Positions 28,442-39,361 of a DNA stretch of 64,000 bases are shown piece after piece (the first letter of the stretch is position 1; each line of letters begins with the position of its first letter). The stretch lies in the sequence record PZ445523.1; one strand, 5' to 3'. A program made the translations under genes and the position numbers. The notes under the pieces are model-generated. The model was not told the origin of the DNA. It saw nothing but the letters and a program-made list of their open reading frames with translations, and made no database searches. The DNA comes from a phage.

Positions 28442-31138
28442 TCAGCCAAACAGGAAGTCTAACGAAGCTTTTTCTTCATAGTCCATACCAGCCGATTCAC
28501 ACATGCCTGCAAGCGGTTTAACAAACGATTTTTGGAACAAAGTTGAGTAGTCAATCCAAGACAGTACGTCAGAACGAATTTCCTTTGGAAGTTCTGTGCC
28601 CGACGGCCAAGCAATACACTTGTCACCAAATGGATTTCCTTCACGTAATGGAAGAACCATTACCTTATTTCCATCCAAAATTGGAGCTACACCCAGACCA
28701 CTAACAGCTCGACGATAAGTTAGCACACCACGAATATGGAACGGGCATTTAAATCCTGGCCAACCTTTATCATCATATTTCGCTATATCGTTCGCAGTTT
28801 TTACTTCAGCAATAACTTTATAGTCGAGTTGACGATATTCTTTCTCGAAGTTCTTGTAATATTCTTGGACAGACTCTTCACCTTCCTGAAGAATACGACG
28901 AATACTTTCTTCGAGAGCTTCTTGCACTGCCTTTGGTGTTGAACTCTGCTGAGTTTCCATACCCATGATTTTTAGATGCGGTTCAGCAAATCGCTTATCT
29001 TCCATATCATAAACGTTCAGAGCATAACGCTTTTTCGCTTTCCAAAATCCACCAACACCCTTTGAACCAAGCGGAGGGCAAGAAATAGCTTCACGGTCCA
29101 TATGCATCAGATGCTCGCGGTTATTCATATAATCACATAACTCACGATATGCAACATCAATCATAGGTTCCATCTTTTTCTTACCGAACTGATTCATGAA
29201 TTCAACCAAATCGTTCTGCTCTTTGAATCGGTCAAGACCTACTTTTTCAATAACTTTATCTACACAAACATATACCGAATCAGTATCACCTGCTGCGATG
29301 AAATCTTCATCATTAGTTCCGCATACTTTATTCAGATATTCATTAATTTTACGAGCAATCCACTGAATACCAACTTGGCCGAAAATTGTGATAGCAGTAG
29401 CATTTCGCAAATCATAGTAACGGAAATGAATATTACCAAGAGCACCATAAAGACTGTTAATGAGAATTTTACGGTTCAGCTGATTTGTATTAGCAAGTGT
29501 AGCCGCTTTTTCGCATTCCTCAATCAGACTATTGAGAACAGATTCAGTATAATTCGATAGTTCATTTAAGAAATCATCACTGAACTTAACATATCGTTCA
29601 ACTTCTGGTTTAGTTGAACAGGACCCTGCGCCTTTCATAATAATCTTTTTAATAGCTTCGGCATTCATTTCTTCAGCGAACATTTTCTTTTTCCAATCTT
29701 TACGCTGGAAAAATACTTTAGCGATTTCCTTTGGAATGATACCTTCTTGATGCTTATCATACATCCATCCATTCGGAGAACAAGAATATTCATCACTCGG
29801 TTTAGGAGCTGTTCCTGCGATATATTCATGAATTGGATGAACTTTAAACTGACCACGAATAGTCTCAGGACTAATGTTAACCTGACGAATAATGCTCGGA
29901 TACAGAGACGTCAAGTCAAAACTCATAATATATCGACGAGCAATTGGTTTAGGTTCAAATACAAATGCACCCGGAAAACTTTGTTTAACGTGCGAACCTT
30001 GTTGAGGAATAACCTTGTGTTCACCTTTCAATGAGTTAAAAATAATAGCATCCCAAGTTTTAATAGGACTCATTACACCAGAAAAAGGCATTTTAGCATA
30101 ATAAGACATACTTAAAACTAGATCGATAAACCCGCGAATTTTATCAATTGCTTGAACTGATTCTACGTCAATGATGTTATAACTAATGTATCGTTGATGA
30201 TTAGTCTCACGAAGTTTATTAATAGGACCGTCGTATGGTAATTTACCTTTTTTGGTTTCATGTTGAGCAACTGATTCCAAAGAGAATGACGGCAAATTAG
30301 TAAATGCGAACTTCTTGTACAAATCTAAATAATCAAGAATAGATACGCCATCAATAGAATAAATTTCTTTGCTACCGTACATATTTTGAATTAGTTTAGA
30401 TTTTACTCGACCGATTGGAGAGAAGCGTTTCATACTGCGTTCACCTAGAATCATTTTAACACGATTCATGATATACGGAACGTCAAATCCCTCAATATTC
30501 CAACCAGTAAAAATAGCAGGTCGTTTCTGTTCCCAGAGATTGATATATTCCATGAGCATATCACGCTCATTATCGAATGGCATATAAATTACTCGGTCAA
30601 GAATTTCTTGAGGAACTTCATCACCACCTTCACAGTCAAGCTTAGCAGCTAACTTTGCATCCCATTTTGATACTGAACCGTACATTGAATTCAAAAGGTC
30701 GAAAACATAAAAACGATCATCAATTGAATCGTAATGAGTGATAGCATCAATTTCATATTCTGCTTTCATTGGGTCAGGAAATTTATCACCGGTAACCTCA
30801 ATGTCACAGTTAGCTACACGAACAAATTTTCGGTCATAAACAATTTCTGAACCATATGTATCACTGATATAAGCGAGTTTAAAGTCGTTCATACCGAGAG
30901 CTTCGAGACCGATGTCTTCCATTCGCTTCATCCAATCTCGAGCATCTTTCATTGATGGAAATTTTTGAGGAGCGCAATTTTTACCATAAATGTCTTTGTA
31001 TTTTGACTCTTCCTTACAATGCCTAAACATAGTCGGAAGATATTCTACTTCACGAGTACGTTCCTTTCCGTTTTCATCAATATAACGTTCAACAATGTTA
31101 TTTCCGACTGTTTCGATAGAGATATAAAATTCTTTCAT
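28442..31138 (-). CDS. 43: DNA polymerase gp43 (family B), 898 aa
   Basis: 898-aa ORF recognised as T4 gp43. Confidence 0.95.
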   Translation of the reverse strand: MKEFYISIETVGNNIVERYIDENGKERTREVEYLPTMFRHCKEESKYKDIYGKNCAPQKFPSMKDARDWMKRMEDIGLEALGMNDFKLAYISDTYGSEIVYDRKFVRVANCDIEVTGDKFPDPMKAEYEIDAITHYDSIDDRFYVFDLLNSMYGSVSKWDAKLAAKLDCEGGDEVPQEILDRVIYMPFDNERDMLMEYINLWEQKRPAIFTGWNIEGFDVPYIMNRVKMILGERSMKRFSPIGRVKSKLIQNMYGSKEIYSIDGVSILDYLDLYKKFAFTNLPSFSLESVAQHETKKGKLPYDGPINKLRETNHQRYISYNIIDVESVQAIDKIRGFIDLVLSMSYYAKMPFSGVMSPIKTWDAIIFNSLKGEHKVIPQQGSHVKQSFPGAFVFEPKPIARRYIMSFDLTSLYPSIIRQVNISPETIRGQFKVHPIHEYIAGTAPKPSDEYSCSPNGWMYDKHQEGIIPKEIAKVFFQRKDWKKKMFAEEMNAEAIKKIIMKGAGSCSTKPEVERYVKFSDDFLNELSNYTESVLNSLIEECEKAATLANTNQLNRKILINSLYGALGNIHFRYYDLRNATAITIFGQVGIQWIARKINEYLNKVCGTNDEDFIAAGDTDSVYVCVDKVIEKVGLDRFKEQNDLVEFMNQFGKKKMEPMIDVAYRELCDYMNNREHLMHMDREAISCPPLGSKGVGGFWKAKKRYALNVYDMEDKRFAEPHLKIMGMETQQSSTPKAVQEALEESIRRILQEGEESVQEYYKNFEKEYRQLDYKVIAEVKTANDIAKYDDKGWPGFKCPFHIRGVLTYRRAVSGLGVAPILDGNKVMVLPLREGNPFGDKCIAWPSGTELPKEIRSDVLSWIDYSTLFQKSFVKPLAGMCESAGMDYEEKASLDFLFG

Positions 31139-31176
31139 AGATATTCCTTAGTTTATAGCCCGAGTTATTAGGCTCT
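31139..31176 (-). promoter_or_regulatory. gene 43 translational operator (hairpin with AAUAACUC loop plus SD)
   Basis: transcript reads GAGCCUAAUAACUCGGGCUAUAAACUAAGGAAUAUCUAUG, the gp43 autoregulatory operator. Confidence 0.65.
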
Positions 31177-31196
31177 TGATATATTATACTCCAAAT

Positions 31197-31214
31197 AAGG
31201 GGCCGAAGCCCCTT
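31197..31214 (-). other. UUCG-tetraloop hairpin (AAGGGGC-UUCG-GCCCCUU)
   Basis: aaggggccgaagcccctt. Confidence 0.5.
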
Positions 31215-31216
31215 GC

Positions 31217-31438
31217 TTAAATTAGTACTATTTGTCGGTGAAAAATTGTCATTCCATCTGCATTAATTGACTTAACGACTGCGGTAAAGTGTTTTTGTTC
31301 TGGATGAATTAATTTTTGAAATTCTACCTGAAATTTTAGTTGAAGGTTTTCTGGTAAATCAAAAAGTGTTTCTGTTGCAGAAAGATTATATTTTTCTTTA
31401 AGAGACGCCATGTATTCTTGCGGAGTTATAGCAGTCAT
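31217..31438 (-). CDS. hypothetical protein (73 aa) between regA and gene 43
   Basis: ATG at 31438 one nt after regA stop, no SD of its own. Confidence 0.4.
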   Translation of the reverse strand: MTAITPQEYMASLKEKYNLSATETLFDLPENLQLKFQVEFQKLIHPEQKHFTAVVKSINADGMTIFHRQIVLI

Positions 31439-31439
31439 A

Positions 31440-31808
31440 TTAATTACCAATCGTATATTTAGGAACGAGTTTCCATTCATGTTTTTGTTTAAAAGAAATA
31501 ACTCGGAAGTTATTAGTTAAATCTTTCATAAAAGTTCTTTGACCAGGAACGATTTCAATCAGTCCCCAATCTTCTAACAACCATGCTATTGAATCACGAC
31601 GAACTTCATCTTCTTCTGTCATTTCAACTTGACGACCATCCATACGAAGCATTTCTTTAAAATGAACGATATAGTATAGTCCTTTTTTCTGAAGAATATG
31701 ACAGGACTGATACAGAACTTTATCTTTATTATTAGCAATTCCCATACGAGTCAAAGTTTCTTTTACTTTCAGAAAATCTTCAGGTTTTTTAAGAGTAATT
31801 TCAATCAT
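31440..31808 (-). CDS. regA: translational repressor RegA, 122 aa
   Basis: 122-aa ORF recognised as T4 RegA. Confidence 0.85.
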   Translation of the reverse strand: MIEITLKKPEDFLKVKETLTRMGIANNKDKVLYQSCHILQKKGLYYIVHFKEMLRMDGRQVEMTEEDEVRRDSIAWLLEDWGLIEIVPGQRTFMKDLTNNFRVISFKQKHEWKLVPKYTIGN

Positions 31809-31809
31809 T

Positions 31810-32373
31810 TTACCATTCCAATGCTAGTTTTTTGAGTTGTTTCTGTTCTTTTACGTTCTTAGTCACTTCTTTCAAAAAATCATCCGTGACTAAACCTTTT
31901 AGTTCTTTTAATACTAAAGGAAGTTTTCCATTTTTAGTAAGAATTGATTTATAGTTAATTGCATCATTTGTATTAACTTGATACCGCTTAGCAAGTAACT
32001 TAATAATCAATACTTCGGTGGAATCTTCAACCAGTTTTGCCCATTTACCGTATCTTTTACCACGAGGAACTGCAGCCATTAGATAATTAAAATGAGCTTC
32101 ATCACTTAATCCAGAACCGATTAAATTCATTGCATATACAGCTGGCATGCACTCTGGAAATTGTGATAATGCATTTTCAACCATGAATTTTGAATAATCT
32201 TTTTGAGCAATTGAGCATTTAGTTTTATTATTAATAGCTCCAATTATTTCAAAAAATTCATTTTCAGCTTTTTCTTTAAAAGAATCAGCAGCAGATTGGA
32301 CAGCTGTCCAATCTTTTGAATACCAAGCAACTTGATGCTCGTTTAATTGAATATCATCTTCAAATAAGCTCAT
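31810..32373 (-). CDS. 62: clamp loader small subunit gp62, 187 aa
   Basis: Length and order 44-62-regA. Confidence 0.85.
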   Translation of the reverse strand: MSLFEDDIQLNEHQVAWYSKDWTAVQSAADSFKEKAENEFFEIIGAINNKTKCSIAQKDYSKFMVENALSQFPECMPAVYAMNLIGSGLSDEAHFNYLMAAVPRGKRYGKWAKLVEDSTEVLIIKLLAKRYQVNTNDAINYKSILTKNGKLPLVLKELKGLVTDDFLKEVTKNVKEQKQLKKLALEW

Positions 32374-32374
32374 A

Positions 32375-33334
32375 TCACTTCCACTGCATTTCGCATGCTA
32401 ATTGAATGAAAAGATAAGCTAGATGCAATTCAGTATTAGCTGCAATTCCATGATACTGATTATTTTCGCCGACAATTTCGTACATACGAATAATACTTTG
32501 TGGAGTTACACGTGAATAGATTTCTTCGGCAAGTTTACCAACGAACCATGAATAATCAGCTGCATATTTTGGTGCTAAAGCTCTGAGTTGTTTAACATCT
32601 TTATTTTTGAGAGACTCAAGAACATCATCAATAGCACCACGATCGTTAGTAACCAGTGATAAAATACCAGCATCCAAAACACCTTTAGATGAATAACTAT
32701 CGAGCTCGCCAATAGTTTTACGAAAATCAGGAAAATTCTTTTTAACCAAAGCTGCTACAACTTTCATATCAGCTATAGCAATTCCTTCATGCTTGCAGAT
32801 TTCAGTCAATCGACGAATCATCTGCTTCATCATTTCAATTTTATCTTCATCAGTTGGTTGACCGAATGTAATAACTCGGCAGCGTGACTGAAGCGGTTTA
32901 ATAATACCATCAATATTGTTAGCAGTAATAATAATACTACAGTTTGAACTATAAGCTTCCATAAAGGAACGAAGATGTCGCTGAGACTCTGCTAGCCCTG
33001 AACGGTCAAATTCATCAATAACGATTACTTTTTGACGACCATCAAATGAAGCTGCACTGGCAAAATTAGTCAAAGGACCACGAACGAAATCAATTTTACA
33101 GTCTGATCCATTCACAAACATCATATCAGCATTTACATCATGACACAATGCTTTTGCTACAGTTGTTTTACCTGTTCCTGGAGAAGGAGAATGAAGAATA
33201 ATATGTGGAATCTTACCTTTACTTGTAATAGATTTAAAGGTTTCTTTATCAAAGGCGGGAAGAATACATTCATCGATAGTAGATGGACGATATTTCTGTT
33301 CAAGAATGTGTTCTTTTTCATTTACGGTAATCAT
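32375..33334 (-). CDS. 44: clamp loader ATPase gp44, 319 aa
   Basis: Walker [10 protein letters not shown]; ORF-track TTG start trimmed to ATG (MITVNEK...). Confidence 0.9.
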
Positions 33335-33366
33335 AATTTCCTCATTCAAGTTTTAGTGTAAATTAT

Positions 33367-33384
33367 AAAGGGCCGAAGCCCTTT
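33367..33384 (-). other. UUCG-tetraloop intercistronic hairpin between genes 45 and 44
   Basis: aaagggccgaagcccttt. Confidence 0.5.
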
Positions 33385-33385
33385 A

Positions 33386-34072
33386 TTAAAAATCGTGGGT
33401 AGAATCAGCTTCAAGAGCTACTACATAATTCGCATGTTCACCTTCAAATTTAGCAGCGCCTTGTTTACCTTTTGCCCAGAGCAGAAGTTTATAATTTCCT
33501 GGTTGCATTTTCATATTTGCCATATTGATAATGAAATTAAATGTATTTTCACCATCATAATCACCAAGAGTCAAAGAATATTTAACACGGGTCAGAGCAG
33601 AATCTTCTACTTTATTAAAACCGTTAATTACGATTTTACCTTCTTTTACTGTGATAGCAATTGTATCAATCTGCAGACCACGAGATACACGCAACAGTTG
33701 TTGAAGGTCTTCAGCTTTAATTTCAGTAACAACAGATGCTACCGGGAATGGAATTGGTTTATTAGGAGCAACTACTGTACTCGGATCGGCTGCTGGCCAA
33801 AAAATTGTTGAGCGGGCATCAGCAATTTTAATATTTCCATCTTCTGACTGGGAAATTTCTGCATCATCATTAACTAGAGACAGAATACCGAGAAAACCGT
33901 TCAAATCGTAAATTGCTACATCAAAATCAATAACGTCAGAAATATTTGCTTCCGCATAAGTTGTGCCATTAACTGCGCGAGTCATAATAAATTGACCGGA
34001 TTTAAGCATAATACCGGAGTTAATAGTAGCGAAATTTTTAAGCAGAGCAGTAGTATCTTTAGACAGTTTCAT
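33386..34072 (-). CDS. 45: sliding clamp gp45, 228 aa
   Basis: 228-aa ORF recognised as T4 gp45. Confidence 0.9.
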   Translation of the reverse strand: MKLSKDTTALLKNFATINSGIMLKSGQFIMTRAVNGTTYAEANISDVIDFDVAIYDLNGFLGILSLVNDDAEISQSEDGNIKIADARSTIFWPAADPSTVVAPNKPIPFPVASVVTEIKAEDLQQLLRVSRGLQIDTIAITVKEGKIVINGFNKVEDSALTRVKYSLTLGDYDGENTFNFIINMANMKMQPGNYKLLLWAKGKQGAAKFEGEHANYVVALEADSTHDF

Positions 34073-34101
34073 GTAATTTCCTTCAATTCAAATGAGATTT
34101 A

Positions 34102-34126
34102 ATTTTATAACTAATTTAATAAAGCA
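34102..34126 (-). promoter_or_regulatory. MotA-dependent middle promoter for gene 45 (TGCTTTA, 12 nt, TAAAAT)
   Basis: plus strand atttta...taaagca. Confidence 0.55.
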
Positions 34127-34127
34127 A

Positions 34128-34517
34128 TTAACGATTAAAATCAGCCGCAATTGTTTCCGCAACAATTTGTGCAGCAACAATTAGACGTTCATCTGCATTG
34201 CCGCAATAATCATCTTCAAGGCGTTCACCACATGAAGTCATAATAAATTTAGCACCGGCGTTTAGGGATTCTGCAGTATGTTTGCGCATTAGTTCAATCC
34301 ATTTATTACTTACTTCACGATCGATAGCTTCATAATACGCATGACGAGCAGGTGCAGATTTAATTTTGTTCTGAATAACTTCCATTGCGTTATCAGAAAG
34401 AGACAAAACCCATGCTCGACGAATTTTATTTTGGTTTTGTGGATTTGATTCAGAACGCACGTGTTTTGGCTGAATATCTTTTACATCAACAGTATAATTC
34501 ACAGTAATTTTAGTCAT
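34128..34517 (-). CDS. rpbA: RNA polymerase-binding protein RpbA, 129 aa
   Basis: Length and position upstream of gene 45. Confidence 0.7.
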   Translation of the reverse strand: MTKITVNYTVDVKDIQPKHVRSESNPQNQNKIRRAWVLSLSDNAMEVIQNKIKSAPARHAYYEAIDREVSNKWIELMRKHTAESLNAGAKFIMTSCGERLEDDYCGNADERLIVAAQIVAETIAADFNR

Positions 34518-34526
34518 AATACACCT

Positions 34527-34715
34527 TTAGTCATAATAATCAGTAACAGTCCAAGCTTCATTTCTATTGGACATTATTTTTGTATATTCTGCTTTAAATG
34601 CATTCTTAAGCATAGATTCAGTAACTATATGCTCTTCATTGGAAAAATTATTTCTCAGAATATATCGTTTTATTTCAGGAATAGTTAATAGATGCTGTCC
34701 AGTTGAATATTCCAT
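34527..34715 (-). CDS. 45.2-like small protein (62 aa)
   Basis: ORF track. Confidence 0.45.
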   Translation of the reverse strand: MEYSTGQHLLTIPEIKRYILRNNFSNEEHIVTESMLKNAFKAEYTKIMSNRNEAWTVTDYYD

Positions 34716-34770
34716 GTTTTTCCTCCATAGAGATTATACTCTAATAAATTAAAGCATAATCTCTTATAAA

Positions 34771-36453
34771 TTAAACCATTACAGTAAATCGACCAACTTT
34801 CTTCATTTGAAGATGCTGACCGTATGCTTGCGGGTCATGGTCTCTATGCGAAATAACAAAAACATTAGTATTTTTTAAACTATCTAAAATAGTTGAAATA
34901 GCTTTTACACCTTCAACGTCGGTCGCTGAATCAAAAACTTCATCAAGAATTAGTGTGTTTATTTTAACACCTGAAACTTTTTCAGCAATATCACGCCAAG
35001 TAAATAAAAGAGCAATATCAATTCGTGCTTTTTCACCTTGACTGAATGAAGCATAACTAAAATCTTCGCGACCACGGGATTTAATTGTCTCATTAAATTC
35101 TTCATCTAATGTAAACACATAATCCGCTTCCATTATTTTAAGATAATGGTTAATCTGCTTATTAAATAATGGAATGTACTTTTTAATAATAGCACCTTTA
35201 ATACCAGAATCTTTGAGCATATCAGTCAAAATTCCTCGGTGGTATTTTTCCATTACTAAATTAGTTTTTGTCTTAACAATTTTATCAAGTTCTTCTTGAA
35301 GCAGTGCTATTTCATCAGCATGGTCAATAAACTCAGAAGATGCTTTTTCTATAGCCGCTTTAACTTTTTTAGCTTTATCTACCGTCGTGATTAGAGATTG
35401 CTTTTTATTGCGAATATCATTTGCCAACGACTGTTGGGTTTTAATATTATCTCGGTATTCATCAACAAGAACTTTTAAATTATCACGATGTGTTGAAAGC
35501 TGTTCAAACGAATGCGTACATTCAGAAACTTTATCTTTAATTTTAGAAACAACTTTATCACCGGAACTTAATTGTGACAAGCAGGTTGGACATAATCCAC
35601 CTTCGTGATACATATTAATGACTTTATTATACGAGTCAATTTTTGATTTAATTAAAACTGCTTCTTGACCGATTTTATTAAATGCATCAGTCGGGTCTTC
35701 ATCTAAAACAATATTAACTAATCTTTCGTTAGCTTCTTCTATTTCCGATTTTAGCGTTCTAGCTTCTTTTGCCAAATCATCATACATATTTTGCAGACGA
35801 GTAAGGTTGTCACCCGTTAATTTTTTCTGGCGTTCAACGTTATCATTATATATTTTAATTTGTTGGATAATACTATCTTTTTTAACATCAAGCACTTGGT
35901 TCTGCGAATTTAATTCACGTATTAGTGCTTTATTAAGCTTATCCATTTCAGCTAATGTTCCTACCTCAAGCAGGTCTTCCACAAGCTTTCTTCGCGCAGG
36001 GGTCGACAAACCCATGAAAGGGGTATACCCTGCTGTACCAAGGACAACAATCTGCTTGAAACTGGCATATGACATTCCGATAAGCTGTTCAAATTCTGCT
36101 TGGAAATCTTTACTGCTGGCAGATTCATTAAGACGTGTACCGTTAACGGTGATTTCGAAAACGTTTGGTTTTTGTCCTCTTTTGATATAGTACTTTTTCT
36201 CATCATATTCCATCCACAGTTCAACTAAAAGTTCTTTCTTATTTGTGCTGTTTATTAATTGGCCTTTCTTTACATCACGAAATGGCTTGCCAAAAAGCCC
36301 AAATGTGATGGCTTCCAACATAGTAGACTTACCACCGCCATTTCGTCCAGTAATAAGAGTTTTTTGAACCTTATCTAATTGAATGTCAATAGGATTTCCA
36401 CCTACTGACATTATATTTTGATACCTAACTCGGTTTAGTTTAAAATTCTTCAC
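34771..36453 (-). CDS. 46: recombination nuclease subunit gp46 (Rad50/SbcC-like ATPase), 560 aa
   Basis: Walker A GRNGGGKST, coiled coil with CPTC zinc hook, signature/Walker B region. Confidence 0.9.
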   Translation of the reverse strand: MKNFKLNRVRYQNIMSVGGNPIDIQLDKVQKTLITGRNGGGKSTMLEAITFGLFGKPFRDVKKGQLINSTNKKELLVELWMEYDEKKYYIKRGQKPNVFEITVNGTRLNESASSKDFQAEFEQLIGMSYASFKQIVVLGTAGYTPFMGLSTPARRKLVEDLLEVGTLAEMDKLNKALIRELNSQNQVLDVKKDSIIQQIKIYNDNVERQKKLTGDNLTRLQNMYDDLAKEARTLKSEIEEANERLVNIVLDEDPTDAFNKIGQEAVLIKSKIDSYNKVINMYHEGGLCPTCLSQLSSGDKVVSKIKDKVSECTHSFEQLSTHRDNLKVLVDEYRDNIKTQQSLANDIRNKKQSLITTVDKAKKVKAAIEKASSEFIDHADEIALLQEELDKIVKTKTNLVMEKYHRGILTDMLKDSGIKGAIIKKYIPLFNKQINHYLKIMEADYVFTLDEEFNETIKSRGREDFSYASFSQGEKARIDIALLFTWRDIAEKVSGVKINTLILDEVFDSATDVEGVKAISTILDSLKNTNVFVISHRDHDPQAYGQHLQMKKVGRFTVMV

Positions 36454-36713
36454 AAAAGATTCCTTTTAATGTATCTTTTAGACCATTCTATCATATCATC
36501 ATAATCTAAAAAGTATTCATCAAATTCAGCCATGCAAACAACACCTTGCGCTGTTTTTGATGTAATATAAATTATTCCAACATATCTAGAATCTTCTTCT
36601 GTATAATCAATATTTGCTATGAATTCATCATTAATGTCAAATGTCGAAAACTTCACAATACGCATCCTTAATACAAGATATAGCCATATCTCGCAATGAT
36701 TTAGGTGTGTCAT
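36450..36713 (-). CDS. 46.1-like hypothetical protein (start uncertain)
   Basis: ORF track; overlaps next gene; alternative ATG at 36665. Confidence 0.4.
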   Translation of the reverse strand: MTHLNHCEIWLYLVLRMRIVKFSTFDINDEFIANIDYTEEDSRYVGIIYITSKTAQGVVCMAEFDEYFLDYDDMIEWSKRYIKRNLL

Positions 36714-36900
36714 TATCTAAAATGTTGAAGTTAAAAGATACAGCCCAGTCAGTGCAGACCGTAACCTTTTTAATACAATTATCTTCAACCTCTAGTGGTT
36801 CAAACCAGTATTCAATAATTTCTTTATGCCCAATATCATCTTTTACTTCGCATTCAAAATGCTGACTCATCATAACATTTTTAAATTCATCAAAAGTCAT
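36637..36900 (-). CDS. 46.2-like hypothetical protein (87 aa)
   Basis: ORF track. Confidence 0.45.
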   Translation of the reverse strand: MTFDEFKNVMMSQHFECEVKDDIGHKEIIEYWFEPLEVEDNCIKKVTVCTDWAVSFNFNILDNDTPKSLRDMAISCIKDAYCEVFDI

Positions 36901-37916
36901 TGTGTTGCCTCTACATATAGCTGATTTGCATATTGAATAAGTGCTTCACGGTCAGAATCAGTGATGTCTGGAATTGCATTAATATACTCTTCCATTAATG
37001 TCTGAAGCGATTGAACTTCAACTTCTTCACTGTCATCTGACTCGACAGAGTTATCAATCTTTGACACAACTCGTAATGAATGCACAACTTTTTCTAGTTC
37101 AGATTCGAACTTCGTTAGATTTTTGTCTACTTCAGCTACTATAACACGTACTGATAGATTTGTAAAATCTTTATAGTCAATTTTTCCTTTAAATGGATAA
37201 TGAATTCTACGGTGCCAGGTAGTATTGTTTGGAATAAATTCCATTCGTTCTGTTTCTGTATCAAACATCCAGAACCCACGAGGGTCATTCTCGTCACCTG
37301 CAGTTAGTGTCCATGGTGTCCCAATATATCTGACGTTAGCAGCCTCAGAGATAGTATGGAAGTGACCAGACCACACCTCTTTATAAGTCTTAAGGAAATC
37401 AGGTTCAAGACCGTGAGATTTCATTCCTTTATAAAAATAAAATCCATTCAGCTCCCAGTGACCAACACAAAAAGAAGCAGATGAAGTTTTGATGTGCTCA
37501 AGAATTTCACCAGTATTTTCTTCGCACATCCAAGGAATCAAATCAATCAAACATCCGTCAAAATCTACTGTAGTAGGCTTATCATATACTTTAACATTAG
37601 GATATTTAGCCAAAAGCTCAGTAGAAGCATTTGGAGTTAAAGTATTTTTAAAGTGCATATCATGGTTTCCTACAACAGTATGTAGGGTAATACCAGCATC
37701 ATCAAGCATTTGAACTATTTCACGAGCGAACTCCATAGTTTTATGCGTGATTGCTTTTCGCACATCAAAAATATCGCCGTATTGAATCCAGGTAGTAATT
37801 CCATTTTTCTTAGAATATTCTATCGCTTGCTTAATTCCATCCAACTGAATGGATTGAACCCACTCATCATCGGCTTTAACGCCTAAATGCCAATCACCTA
37901 AATTTAAAATTTTCAT
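36897..37916 (-). CDS. 47: recombination nuclease subunit gp47 (Mre11/SbcD-like), 339 aa
   Basis: Phosphoesterase motifs (GDWH, GNHD); length and order. Confidence 0.9.
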   Translation of the reverse strand: MKILNLGDWHLGVKADDEWVQSIQLDGIKQAIEYSKKNGITTWIQYGDIFDVRKAITHKTMEFAREIVQMLDDAGITLHTVVGNHDMHFKNTLTPNASTELLAKYPNVKVYDKPTTVDFDGCLIDLIPWMCEENTGEILEHIKTSSASFCVGHWELNGFYFYKGMKSHGLEPDFLKTYKEVWSGHFHTISEAANVRYIGTPWTLTAGDENDPRGFWMFDTETERMEFIPNNTTWHRRIHYPFKGKIDYKDFTNLSVRVIVAEVDKNLTKFESELEKVVHSLRVVSKIDNSVESDDSEEVEVQSLQTLMEEYINAIPDITDSDREALIQYANQLYVEATQ

Positions 37917-38053
37917 ATATCAAGAACCGTCATTGAAATGCAAAATAAAATTATTGAAATAAATCCATCTGGAGTGCTAAAGAACCCAATCCAACATGCT
38001 CTAGTGAATAGATAAAATGCAAGAAAAAGTATCACATATCCAAGAAATATCAT
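37913..38053 (-). CDS. small membrane peptide (46 aa), coupled to gene 47
   Basis: Manual translation MIFLGYVILFLAFYLFTRACWIGFF...; GGAG SD; stop overlaps gene 47 ATG. Confidence 0.4.
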   Translation of the reverse strand: MIFLGYVILFLAFYLFTRACWIGFFSTPDGFISIILFCISMTVLDI

Positions 38054-38076
38054 TATATCAAACTCCGTATAAAGCT

Positions 38077-38094
38077 AAAGGGCCGAAGCCCTTT
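38077..38094 (-). other. UUCG-tetraloop hairpin overlapping alpha-gt stop codon
   Basis: aaagggccgaagcccttt. Confidence 0.5.
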
Positions 38095-39295
38095 ATTTTG
38101 TAATAATGTCAAACTGTTCTTTAAAGCAGAAGCTTGAATCTTGATGCTGATACAAAAATTCATATGCTTTTTCACGTTCGCGGTCATAAAGAGCTCGGTC
38201 AGATGACAGTTCTTTAATACGTTCAAATGTTGATTCCATGTCATTTTCATCAAACCAAATGATACCGCTATCATGCGAGGTCAAAGGAGTATTATCAACA
38301 CGGAATTTTAAATTTTCGCCAGTAGATTTCCAAAATACCGGAATTGTTCCACATGCACCAAGCTCGAGATGAGTATATTCTAAAGAACGTTGTAGATATT
38401 TTTTGTCCAACTTACTCAACTGATAACCAAATCCGGATTTACTCATGCGTTCAAGCATTTCGCTATTTACATAACGGTCAAGAATTTGCGTTGGCAAATT
38501 AGGAGCAATTTTAATTTGGTCTACTTGATGAAGACGATAATACTCGTATGGAATTCCTTTTTCTTTAATAGGAATGAACGCTGGAGAACGTTCCAGACCT
38601 TCCATAATAGTACTTAGTCCTGCAGGTTTAAGATGTTTTTCATGAAAATCAAACATCTGATAAAAACCTTTCCATGTAGTCGTACGACCAATCCAACGGT
38701 TGATATTCATGTTAATTTCAGAAACATCTTTCCAGTATGTTGATCGAACCTTTGCAATATCCATCGGAGGCTGAAAGTTATATACGGTCGGTGCTTCTTC
38801 AATATCATCAAACAGAGAAACAGTTTCTGGATACCACTCTTTCATCAGAACTTTATTAAAATCACCATTATCAGAATGGCTAAAAATAATATCAGCTCGA
38901 CGAACAGTTTCTTCTAATCCCAAATTTCGACGCAAAGAAAGAGAAGAATGGTCATGCTGATAAACTACAACACGAACCGAAGGTTTAATGTTATCAATAA
39001 TTTTTTTATAGTTATTAATAGTGTCTTCTTCAACTGAAGTAGCAGGAACTGAATTGATAATTAGAATATCACAATCATTTACCAGCTTAAGTGTTTTATC
39101 GTATTCTTTTGCCAATAAAACCGGAATTGAAAATGATTTATAATCATGTGCACAGTTACGAGTAAATGATTTATCTTTAGCATAAACCAAAGTTACTTCA
39201 TGACCATTTTTAATAAACCAATCACGCTGCTCGAGTGAGAATTTTGTTACACCACAACCTTCAAGACCTCGAGCCATAAAAATACATACTTTCAT
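38093..39295 (-). CDS. a-gt: DNA alpha-glucosyltransferase, 400 aa
   Basis: 400-aa ORF recognised as T-even alpha-gt; position downstream of gene 55. Confidence 0.85.
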   Translation of the reverse strand: MKVCIFMARGLEGCGVTKFSLEQRDWFIKNGHEVTLVYAKDKSFTRNCAHDYKSFSIPVLLAKEYDKTLKLVNDCDILIINSVPATSVEEDTINNYKKIIDNIKPSVRVVVYQHDHSSLSLRRNLGLEETVRRADIIFSHSDNGDFNKVLMKEWYPETVSLFDDIEEAPTVYNFQPPMDIAKVRSTYWKDVSEINMNINRWIGRTTTWKGFYQMFDFHEKHLKPAGLSTIMEGLERSPAFIPIKEKGIPYEYYRLHQVDQIKIAPNLPTQILDRYVNSEMLERMSKSGFGYQLSKLDKKYLQRSLEYTHLELGACGTIPVFWKSTGENLKFRVDNTPLTSHDSGIIWFDENDMESTFERIKELSSDRALYDREREKAYEFLYQHQDSSFCFKEQFDIITK

Positions 39296-39319
39296 TTAAT
39301 ATCCTCTTTGTTTTGGTTT

Positions 39320-39343
39320 ATTTTACCAAAAATTTATAAAGCA
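39320..39343 (-). promoter_or_regulatory. MotA-dependent middle promoter for alpha-gt
   Basis: TGCTTTA box, 11 nt, TAAAAT on minus strand. Confidence 0.5.
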
Positions 39344-39361
39344 ATATAGGAGCCGAAGCTC

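Noticed and set aside
38053-38274. Minus-strand 73-aa ORF inside the alpha-glucosyltransferase gene
   Set aside because: Alternative frame nested in a strongly supported gene, with no start context
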